Below are positions 53,600 to 64,000 of a stretch of 64,000 nucleotides of DNA, one piece after another. Within the stretch, counting starts at the first letter, position 1. Every line of letters begins with the position of its first letter. This DNA is from Rhina ancylostomus (taxonomy: Eukaryota), in assembly GCA_030265395.1 (NCBI GenBank), contig JARFYF010000053.1:16331690-16395689 (forward strand), read 5' to 3'. Made by a program: the position numbers and the translations under genes. A model generated the notes under the pieces. That model saw nothing but the letters and a program-made list of their open reading frames with translations, had not been told where the DNA came from and did not search any database.

Positions 53600-56500
53600 C
53601 CAAATCCTATTTGAATGTCTATGAGTGGCCAAGAAATCTAAGCACTGACATCTTGTGACGCATACAAAATTATTTTTCTTTTTGTATTGTTTGGAAATGT
53701 CACCTTGGACTCCACTTCTCCCCTCTTTGTTTGGTTGCATTCAGCTTAACCTTGTTCTGAACCAATATTTCAGCCAACATGTACCCAGTGGTAGAGTGGG
53801 ATGTTGTCCTATACATCAGTTGGAAGATTGCAGTTCCGTGCTGCCTGGACCTGTCCAGTTTAATGTCAATTAGCTGTTTCCTTAAATTCTCCTTTACATT
53901 CCATACAGGCTATTCTGTTTCTCCATCTGATGCAGGTGATATGGAAACATTGGACTGTTTTGTGCCATTACTGCACATAAACTTAGTAAATTAGTTGGAA
54001 CTGAAGGTTGGGCTATTGTTTGATGTTTGGTCTTTAGGTCACCTATAAGCCATGAAGATTGACCATAGTACATCAGTGGTCTTTATTTTGTGATGGATGA
54101 TCTCACTTGTCACATTTCCCACTGCTTAAAGTTGCTATCTGCAAATATAAGGAAGTTGTGTCATCTCATCTGACAGAAGTCAACATGGATCCTTTGGAAC
54201 GGACTTCTATATCTGAACTTGCATCCACAGAGGCTGAGCACTAAAAACTTGGCAAGTTAACTATGTTAATTATGTCTTCCCTATCTTGGTCCACTCCAGG
54301 CCAATGAATAAACAGATGTGTCATATTCACCATGCCAAAACACTGGTAATGGAACTCACTTAAGATTCATCCTTGAAGTGCCCTAGGAATAATCATCTGG
54401 ATTCCTCAAGTGACACACTCTTGGTTTGTAGACAATTCATGTCATCTGTTGTAGCAAGATCAGATGTACTCAGTGTTACCAACATCAGAATTGTTTCACC
54501 TGGTAAGAGTACGTTCATATAACTACCACAGAGCAGCAGCTTTTTGAATGCATTGCCTTGCAATTTCTTCAGTTGTGACTGGGAAACCATAATCAACAGC
54601 TTGTAGGATGTAACTGTTATAGTCATTTTAAAAGTGTATTTGATGCCTTGATGTTGTCAATGTGAGGATGACTGACTTCAGCCCAAAAATGGCCCCAAGT
54701 ATTTGCAGTCCGAGACAAGTATGACAGGCTCTTTTAAAAATGGAGTAACACTGAAATAATAGCTAATGTCTTGTTTTCAATCTGTCTGCTTGCTTTCTCT
54801 CATCATATGAGAAGCATATACTCTGGCCTCTATCTAAACATGAGCAAGAACACCCTTAATTGGAGGCATCACAGAAAAGTCTCACTGGCCTTTCTGTGTT
54901 ATCACCTTACACTTAACACTTTTTGTTGCTCTTCATCCCAATTTGAGAGTTCATCCTTCCTCAGTAACCAGTGGAGCTGTATTACTTTGGGGCAAACTGT
55001 GGTAAGAAATTGGCACACCAAGGAAGGACATGAGCTTGGTGATGTTTTCTGCCCTGTGGGAATTTTGTTGTACTGCCAGGGTGCAGTACATTCTCATTTG
55101 TCATTGGCCCGAGATACATTGACCTCCTTTTGAAGAAAAACTGATCTTTTCTTTGCAATTTGATATTTTTCCTATTAAGCCTGAGTAAAATGTCTTCAAA
55201 TACTCTAATATCCTCTTCCTTCATTGCTATGGCACTCAATGTCCTCTGGATTACAGAGAAAACAAAGAAAATCCTGTCACATCTAATCCATGACAGTCTG
55301 GAAGATCTTGACTTTATGGTAACATTTTGTGTGCGTACAAGCCTTTTATAAGCATTCACCTTCAAACAGCTTTGGCTCACAGGATTAGATTGAACTGGGA
55401 CTATNNNNNNNNNNNNNNAGTTTGCTTAAAAAGAAATCTTTGGCCCTGTCAACTTTGCATACAAATCCTGGAATATAGGCAGCAGATACTGTTCATCATC
55501 TATTACTCTGTTCAGAGTGACCTTAAAGTCACTAGAGAGAAAGTTTTATCAAACTTTGGAATCAGGTCTATTGGTTTTCCCCAGTCACTCTAGCACAATT
55601 TTACCTTGGAGTTCCAAGTCCTTTAGCTCCTCTGCTTAGCTCTTAGCATTTGGTCTATGTTGACAGGACTTTGGTTTTCCATCTTGCTGGATGGACAATA
55701 TGCTCCATGACAATATGCTGGATGGATAATACTTGAGAATCTTGTCCACCCAGGATGTGCTGAGTTAAGACTTTTTATCTGTGTCCAGTTAAGCTTAGGT
55801 ATTTTCACTCCCTGCATTGCAATTTTGGTCTATAGATATAGTCTGCCACAATCAGATGTAATTTGATACACTGACTTTGTTAAGAACAATATACATCAGT
55901 TTTCCACCCAGTGTTTTTCAGTCTTTCAAATGAATATGTACATTGTTCCATACAGCTAGTTAGTCAAACTATATGTGTTGCATCTTCTAACTAAGCAGTC
56001 TCATATCGACATTGATTTCTAGGTTTTATGATTCTGATAACTTTCTTGAAATTTCTTTTGTGTTGTTGCTTTCTGTGATGTAAATGTTGTTTAAAGACCA
56101 TTCCTCATAGTTTTGATTCACTTCAAAATTCTGTGGAGTAGCTGACTGTGATTGTTTCATAAGTTGAATTCTTTGGTGTTTAAGTACTGATGGACTGATG
56201 TTTTCTCTGTTCATTGTGTTTTGTCTATCCTTGCGAATTCATATTATGTCTTCCAGATTGTAACAACTGAAACATGAATGTGTACAGTTAAACTGAATGG
56301 TTGCCCTGACATTGATCACAGGGTTTCCTGCCTTTTGTATCCAAGTTCTAATGAAGAAGATGCCACTATTACTGCATACATCAGATTACACACAGCATCA
56401 ACATACACATCTTCCTCCTCCACTGACAGGAACCCTCTTGCTTCCTTTAACAGCATTGTCACAGCAATAACAATCTTACCTGAATGTACTCATCTGTAAG
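53600..56500 (-). mobile_element. Highly decayed Ty3/Gypsy LTR-retrotransposon gag-pol relic
   Basis: Minus-strand peptides occur in Gypsy order. RT: SDWGKPI..SDFKVTLN (about 55510-55600), LPIFQDLYAKLTG (about 55440-55480), EDILLRLNRKNIKLQRKDQFFFKRRSMYLG. RNase H: DAS..GVLAH..YAS (about 54800-54870). Integrase: GMV..FIHWPGVDQDREDII and PFQRIHVDF (about 54170-54340). LTRs were not identified. Confidence 0.75.
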
Positions 56501-57799
56501 TCTGAAGGCAAACTGAACTCTCAGTGCTTAGCCTAGGAAAAATCTGAAATTACTGTACCACCACAATTTCTTTAACCCAATGGTGCAACTTCCAATCACT
56601 TCTTCAGATTTTTGACCGCAGTATGGAAATGATAGCTTTCAATAAATTCTGAGGGTGTTGGAATCAAGTGCCTCCACAATAATTCCACAACCTTATTGAA
56701 TGATATATTGATTGTTTTAATAAATTAACTAGTATTGCATAGGTACCCAACTCTATTTCTATTTTTAAAAAGTGTTATTCTGGTTGCAGCTGGCTTTGTT
56801 CTGTTTGTTATCACTTATTTCTGCTTCTTATATAAGATTGTTAGTGCACAAAAAATCCCCTTTCCCCCCAAACTTCTCAATGTTCAAAATTACTATTCAA
56901 TTTTCCAATATATTCAGCTTGACTCTGGTCTGCCATTTTTCCAAACTCTGTTTGCACTCACTGGCCCCCACACTGAAGCTGAGACCTGCCTTTAGACTTG
57001 TGTTTTTTTTTTGACTCACTCAGTTTCACTTCTTATAATTTAGATTTTCACAGCCTCACATTTATGTTCCACTGTGGTATCTGTGTTCTATGTTTGATTA
57101 CAGGGTGAAGTGTAGAACATATTTGCCAAGACCCAGGAGCTCTAACAAACCTTCCTGTTTACCACACTAGCTCCTCCAGACTGACTTTGGAAGCTTTTGC
57201 AGACAATATAGTAATCTATAGAGAGCAGTCATGCTGTGTAAAGAGATGGCACCCATAAAGCATCAATTATTATTTTACAACCAATGCTGCATATACTACA
57301 CCTCCATTGTTAGATTCTCCAAAAAGTACTCTTTGCCAGTTTGAGCACACTCTGAGCATTTCTGGAGGTCAATGGGCACTTTCCAGTGAGTCTCAGAACT
57401 ACCTTGTAAAGTGTCCCATTTTGAACTGAGTGGTCTATTAAATGATAATGCAGATGTGCTCCTTGTTATTTTGTGGTTGCCAAGGGTCACCTTCTGCATC
57501 TGAGAGCTCCAGTTTATGTCAGGAAGATGTATTAGGTGCACATCTGACACTGAGAATCTCAGCGATGGATACCAACCCCAACTGTCAGACCAATTTTGTG
57601 ATTGGTGTGATTTTATCCAGAAATGATCGCTAATGCAGATGATTCTGCTTTATATCAGCATGCATCAGATAGTGTTTAGAAAAAGCACAATGCAATTCAA
57701 TTTCCAGGTAACAGTTCCTGCAATTTCACTAACCTGATTAAATAATTACCATTTTTTTTCCAAAAGATCTCAATTTATACTCACTTTATTTTTCATTAG

Positions 57800-58089
57800 C
57801 ACTGAATATCAAGGTTTCAAAATCCATTACCTATCAACTTATGGAATCTGATCGCCAAGATCCGCTGAAAATCTGTGGAAAACTGAAAGAGCCCCCAGGA
57901 AATGAGATTCCCAGTGAGAGGAGCGAGGGAGATACCGGCAGCAAAAACAAGAAGCGGCGGAACAGAACCACGTTCACTAGCTATCAGTTGGAGGAGCTGG
58001 AGAAAGTCTTTCAGAAAACACACTATCCAGATGTGTATGCTCGAGAACAGCTGGCTCTGGGCACTGAGCTCACTGAGGCCAGAGTTCAG
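57800..58089 (+). CDS. ALX3: Alx homeobox gene, coding exon 2 (linker plus homeodomain residues 1-46)
   Basis: Polypyrimidine acceptor TTTATTTTTCATTAG|C. G from exon 1 plus CA gives Ala, then an open frame [18 protein letters not shown]...[49 protein letters not shown]. The donor CAG|GTACGG falls at the canonical PRD-class intron between Q46 and V47. Alx family is near-certain; the paralog (ALX3 vs ALX4) is less so. Confidence 0.93.
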
Positions 58090-58376
58090 GTACGGTTGGA
58101 TGAAAGGTGATGCTTGAGGTTAGAGGCCGTAGTATACTTGGCCAACTCTTCTTAATAATCGCCACTGAGCTCTGTTTGGTGACAGGCAGCACATTGAGGC
58201 AGATATTTACTTAGATTGCTCGTGGTCTGTTGGCCAAAATTATACCAAAGTGACAACAGTGATTTGTAAACTTTTTTGTGTAGAAATCCCTGTGAAGAAC
58301 AGCAAAGTAAGAGATATTTTAATTTGTGAAGTATGGTGCCATATGCCTAAAGAAACAAGTGCTACTGGAGAAAGAT

Positions 58377-58598
58377 GGAGACACAAGAAAGACTGTAGAT
58401 GCTGGAGATCTGGAACACACAAAGCACTGGAGGAACTCAGCAAGTCAGGCAGCATCTATGGAGGGAAATGGACAGTCGATGTATCAGGCTGAGACCCTTC
58501 ATCAGTCCTGTTGAAGGGTCTTGGCCTGAAACGTCAATTGTTCATCTCCCTCCATAGATTCTGCCTGACATGCTGAGTTCCTCCAGCATTTTGTGTGT
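58377..58598. mobile_element. Near-complete palindromic double-hammerhead short element with an approximately 17-bp TSD, in intron 2
   Basis: 92-nt inverted arms at 58414-58505 and 58508-58599 with a 2-nt loop. Flanking direct repeat TGCTACTGGAGAAAGAT (58360-58376) / TGCTGTTGGAGAAAGAT (58599-58615). Confidence 0.85.
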
Positions 58599-60194
58599 TG
58601 CTGTTGGAGAAAGATCACAGGTAATGCAAGAAACTGATGAGCCAGGAATCTCATGAGATGGTCTCACAAATTCCCAAGTTTATACCCAGGTGGAATGAAC
58701 AAAGGGTATAATATAGAAGGAAGATGTTCAGCTTACCGTGACACTACTGGATCTCTGAAAGAACTCTCCAACTCCCACACATTAACATATAAAGCCACAC
58801 ATGTGGAAACCTATACAACAAGATATGGGTAGAGAAAAAGGCACATGTACAGTGCATGCAGAGAAACAGAAATATATACATCTCATACTAACACAACATG
58901 TACTGTATCAGATGCACTTGCTGGGACAGATGCAAACACATACATGTATAGAGACATGTGGTAAATGCATAGGAACAGGCACATTTAGAAATGGGCACAC
59001 CTGCATGTTTGAAGATAAATACATTCCTTCATAGGTAGGGGGATATATACACTGATGCTGCAAGGAGACAGACATATAACTTCTGCAGAGGTGAACCACT
59101 ATATGGACAAACATACATACTTTGATTCACACATTCATAAGCATAAAAGCAGATAAGAATTCCAGATACAATATCTCTTGCATTTAGTGGTGATCCATTC
59201 AGGATCTCACATTCACCCATTTGACAACCTTAGCTGTTTATCTACAGCTTTTGTGCTCTTATTGAAGTTACCCTGACAAATGGGAGAATGTCACGGAACC
59301 ACAGGACCACAGCACTCACTACTTTGTAGTACTTCTTTTGGTCAGTTGGTAACTGACCCAGTGAACTCTGAGCCAGAAATACATGTGCTGAAACTCCAGA
59401 ATTCAGACACATGGTCCAGTTTAACATTCGTTACAGAGTGGAGGAAGAGCTGACATTGTCCCTTGGATGAAAAATTAAACAATTGCTTTAACTGAGTGGC
59501 ACTGATTGCTGTGAAAGACACTGTGAAAAAAATTAGTAGAATATTCTCCTGATTTCCAAATCAATGCTTCTCCCTCAAAAAAGCCAAATTAAAATACAAG
59601 ATATCTCACTGTTAATTTTTGGGATATTGCTGATATTCAAAATGGGTGTCGTAGTTAACACCAGTAATGGATTGATATAATGGAATGCATGTGAATGACT
59701 TTGATGCATTTCAGAACGACTTTATGCTGTTAAATAAATACAATATATTTCACTTTTCAGCTGAGTTAATAATTTCTCTGGAAATGCCAGAGGAAACATT
59801 GTGGCACATCTGTGAAATCTGTACTCTGAGGCAAAAGTGATTTCCATCCCATCTGCACCTACTTTGCATCTACTTTGCACCTTGACATGAATATTTGAGT
59901 CATTCAACAAATCCAAATCACTTGAGAAATTTAGAATGCCTTTGTTATTGAGTTACAGAGTTATGTTGGGAATTGGTTTAATGAGTCTTGGTTTGTAATG
60001 ACAGATAAAACAATTCTTACTGCTGGCACCAATTGAAGGGAAAAAATAGATTTATGTACAACTATTCATGATTAATGAATACTGCTTCACTATAGTCACT
60101 ATTCTAAGGTAGTTAAATTCAGAGAGAGCAAAACCACACAAAACAGCATTAGGATTAGGAGAAATCTGTTTCTGTGCTCCCTTGGTATTGATCC

Positions 60195-60374
60195 TCCAAT
60201 AGTGCAGCACATCCCCAGCACTAATTCTCCAAAGGTATAGCAGTTCTTCAGTACCAGCTGTTCAAAGTGCAGCGCTTCCTCAGTGGTGACACTCCTACAT
60301 ATAGCAATCCATAATATTCACCCTCCGACCTGGCAACACTCAATACTGGCTTTCTGACATTGCAGCACTTCCTC
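60195..60374. repeat. Degenerate tandem repeat, unit about 32 bp (AGTGCAGCACTCCCTCAGTAC-like)
   Basis: About six units starting near 60201, 60234, 60266, 60299, 60329 and 60359. Confidence 0.55.
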
Positions 60375-62689
60375 NNNNNNNNNTTTGTAAACCTCTATCA
60401 AATCTCCCCTCATGCTTCTATGCTAGTTTGTGTTCTTGATGAGCAATTTCCTAAAGGATGGTTCAGGTGTCATCTTTTTCATTCTAAATAAAGTCCTAAC
60501 CTGTTCAATCTTACCCTGTAACTCAATTCCTGAAGACCCGACAACATTCTAGTAAATCTCCTCTGTCTTTCAATCTTACTGATATCCTTCCTATAGTTAG
60601 GTGACCAGAACTGCACACAATTTTGGGTATTTTTGGGTATTTTGTCATTTGAATACTTTCAATTTCTAAACCATTCTAAACCATTATTGTTTTTGTGTAC
60701 AGTTGAATTTAGTTACTCATATGTTTCATTTATTACATTATGTACTTCATTATATGCCTAAATTGGCTGCTTCATTTTCTGGAGAGGGTCTAAATTCCCT
60801 ATCCCACAGCCTCAGCTAATAGCTTCACATAGCTGAGCTCACTGATGTGAAACTCACACAGAGTGCAGATTAAGTTGCCACAGTCAATTTGTCAAATCAA
60901 ACTATCAGACACTAGTCTGAGTGGTTAGATTTAAGACTTTAATAGAAAGAGCAATCTGAGACAAATTCTAGGGCCATCAGCTAAAGTCTCCCTCTGATCA
61001 CACTTGGTCATCCTTTCTGTGACTATTTATATTCACTCAGTAACTCTGCCAAAGCAAAGAGCACAAACAACTGGAATCATCAACCTGCCTGGATCTGGTG
61101 CCAGAGGACAAAGGCCAGTCTATTAAACTTTCTCCATCGTTGTCACTAATCCCTATATTTTGTTTCATTAATTAGGTTTGGTTTNNNNNNNNNNNNNNNN
61201 NNNNNNNNNNNNNNNNNNNNNNNNNNNNNNNNNNNNNNNNNNNNNNNNNNNNNNNNNNNNNNNNNNNNNNNNNNNNNNNNNNNNTTCAAAACAGAAGAGC
61301 AAAATGGAGGAAACGAGAACGATATGGAAAATTTCATGAAGTTAGAAACCACTTTGCTGCAGCATATGACATCTCGATCTTCCCGAGACCAGAAAATTAT
61401 CCTCAGGTACAGCATTCTGGCATGGACTGGTACATTTAAATAGTAGAAAATTAATTGTGAATATACCATTTGAACAGATTATATGGTCAAGCCCCATGCC
61501 TATTAATTGTAAAGAGATTCAAATATATTTCTTGAGGTACTTTAAATGAAGGGCCTCAGCTGTTCCTATTTTATTGTTTAAATGTATTTCTTATTATACA
61601 TATATTTACAACCCCAATTGCCAAGTAACCTGATTTTAGATTCAAATAGCTTTTCCAGATTTTTTCATCTTGTGCGGGAATCATTTCAAGTAGGTGATTT
61701 ACCAGTCTATGTGAGTGCTATGTTACTCCCTCTGGGTACTGCAATCATTCCATGTAGGTGTCAGAAAAGGGAATAATTTGTCAGCTAATATTCATGTTCC
61801 TGTATACAACTTTACCTGCTCTACCCTACATTCACACAGTTGAACCTTGCCAAAGATGATCCCATGGCCAGCTAACCTCACCTGAACCCAACTAATGTAC
61901 CTATTATATCTTTAATAACTAGCTTCAGATCAGCTGATTATAATACATCATCAGGATGTTCAACAATAGACACCTGTTCATATTATGCTGTAATAAACCA
62001 TTGTCCAAAAGATCTGTTAACAAACTCAATGATATCAGTAAAGATAGGACCAATTTGTGAAATATTTCAGTTGTGCAAGATCCCTTTCCAATCCTGTTTC
62101 CCCTATGTTTTGATGTCGTGAATAAGAAGAAATTGTTTTGATGGGCAGGAGACTAAAAGAGAGATTTAAGGTTAGTTGGTAAAGGAAGAATGGAGAAGAT
62201 GAAATATATATTTTTATGCAGCAAATTGTTATAATCTGGAATGCTCTCAGAGTAAATGCAGATTCATTAATAACTTTCAAAAGGGAATTAAAAGAGTACT
62301 TCAAGTTCAGAAATTTTCAGAGTGCTGAGGAAAGAGCAGAGGAATGGAATGAAATGAAATGGGTGTTTTTTTTTTCAGAGCCAGCATAAGTACAATGGAT
62401 TGAATGTCTTCCAACGGGGCTGTATAATTCTCTTGTTCTGAAAACACATGAATATTATTTCTTCCTCTCCATCTTAATGAAATCATTGGATTTTACAGGA
62501 CAGAAGTTAATTTAGGCCCTCAGCCCACTGTTGGGTCTTTGAAATTGCTGCCCAATTTTATCCCAGCTTTTACCTCACAACCTTGCAAATTAATTCAAGT
62601 ACTTGACCATCGTGTCTGGCGCAGATATTGTGGCCCGAAGGGCCTGTTCGTGTGCTGTGCTGTTCTATGTTCTATGATGTCACTGTAGT

Positions 62690-63128
62690 TAAAGGGAGAG
62701 ATTGGATAGGCTGGGTTTATTCTCAGTGGAACATAGGAGGTTGAGGGGNNNNNNNNNNNAGAGGTTTATAAAATTATGAGGGTCATAGATAGGATAGATA
62801 GTCAGTGAACTTTTCCCATGGCAAGAGAGTATAGAACTAGAGGGTACAGGTTTAAGGTGAGAAGGGTGACATTTAAAGTAGGTCTGAGGGAAAAGTTTTT
62901 TTACCCAGAGGGTGGTGGTTATCTGGAATGACCTACCAGAAGAGGTGATGCAGGCAGATACAAATGCACCATTTAAAAAGCGTTTGGACAGGCACTTGGA
63001 AGGGAAAGGCATAGTGGGATATGGGCCTAATGCAGGCAAATGGAATTAGCACAGACAGACATCACAGTCAGCATGGATGAAGTGAGCTGACAGGCCTGTT
63101 TCTGTGCTAAATGTTTCTATGATTCTAA
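62690..63128 (+). mobile_element. CR1 LINE 3' end
   Basis: ERLDRLGLFSVEHRRLRG..RGYRFKVR..FTQRVVVIWNDLP with a GGCCTGTTTCTGTGCT..TTCTATGATTCTA tail. Confidence 0.9.
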
Positions 63129-63774
63129 GGTAAACTTGTATAGAATTACTCCAGGAATTTTTTCCCTTTGAGCCTTAATTTCCTCAGAAGATCAGTGCAA
63201 ACCACAGAGACGCAGTTTTTCATTTGATCCTGCAGATCGTACCCCTACCTTACTAGAAAGGTCCCGAAGAATCTCAAAGGAAATTAACGCTGACTGATTT
63301 GTCAATAATTGTCTATCAGAGCCTGAAACTCTTGAGTGGAGAGCAATTTTAGATTCTTCGGATGTGTAGTATCTGCATGTGTCAGTATCCAAGCTCTGAA
63401 TCTTCATTTCTGATTATATCAGCTATCGCAATACCAATACCTAGTAGAGTATTGATTTACTCCCAAAGAGACTTTTATTTTTCAGACATTCTCAACATTC
63501 ACAGAGTTCATCAATGTGGCAGTTTTCTCTGAAGATCTTAATATCATTGTACTGATTTCAAATATTGAGAACATTTTTGAAGATTGACTGAATTGCATCA
63601 TAATTTATTTATAACAGTAATTTAAAGTTTCCATAGTTGCATTACAGCAGTGAAATACCAGTCTTGAGTCTGCACTCAAAACTCTCAACAATACAGAAAG
63701 ACTGGGGAGCATGTTAACCTACCTACTAATTTAGATCAATATTACATCTATGTTTCTTTATTTTGAAATTACCT

Positions 63775-63932
63775 GTAAATTAAAAGACAATTGGACAGGT
63801 ACATAGAAAGGAAAGGTTTAGAAGGTTATGGGCCAACTGCTGGCAAATGGGACTAGCTTGGATGGGCATCTTGGTCAGCATGGTCTGGCTGGGCCGAAGG
63901 GTGTTTCTGTGCTGTATGACACTATGACTCTC
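63775..63932 (+). mobile_element. CR1 3' UTR fragment
   Basis: TTGGACAGGTACATAGA..GGGCCGAAGGG..TTTCTGTGCTGTATGACACTATGACTCT. Confidence 0.75.
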
Positions 63933-64000
63933 TGCATGCTCTTAAAGATATTTGTTTTATTTCAGATACACAACAACCTCTGGACGAGCAATGCAACCAA

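Larger units (their letters stand above)
28224..57799 (+). other. Intron 1 of the Alx gene (29,576 bp, GT-AG, phase 1)
   Basis: Donor and acceptor phases are compatible, and no other convincing coding exon was seen between them. Confidence 0.75.

Noticed and set aside
57841-58110. Stand-alone 89-aa homeobox ORF or truncated pseudogene
   Set aside because: The Met is internal to exon 2, and the homeodomain break at Q46/V47 is the canonical intron position; helix 3 (VWFQNRR) should be in a later exon.
58790-59140. ORFs in CA-rich sequence (also the TG-rich region 10014-10190)
   Set aside because: Degenerate dinucleotide low-complexity DNA with no coding signal.
58090-64000. Alx exon 3
   Set aside because: No AG followed by [12 protein letters not shown] coding sequence was seen; it probably lies beyond the window or in an N block.

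Overview
AT-rich eukaryotic (vertebrate) genomic DNA. The repeat content (CR1 LINEs with (TTCTATG)n tails, V-SINEs, DeuSINE-like SINEs, Penelope-like relics) resembles cartilaginous fish (shark/ray); that taxon call is inference. The only host gene I can support is an Alx-family paired-like homeobox gene on +, most likely ALX3. Coding exon 1 (27902/27935-28223) splices in phase 1 across a 29.6-kb intron to exon 2 (57800-58089), which encodes homeodomain residues 1-46; later exons were not found in the window. Four CpG-retaining domains surround or lie within the gene. The rest is decayed TEs: CR1, RTE, a Ty3/Gypsy pol relic, a Penelope RT relic and SINEs. The most notable signal is a dispersed family of about 100-220-bp elements carrying a minimal hammerhead-ribozyme motif (CUGAUGA-A-stem II-GAAA-NN-UH, with covarying stem I). 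Several are inserted as head-to-head palindromes, two with apparent 15-17-bp target-site duplications. There are also recurrent short local duplications and inversions and three ancient minisatellites. TE family names come from remembered motifs, not database searches, and TE boundaries are approximate.
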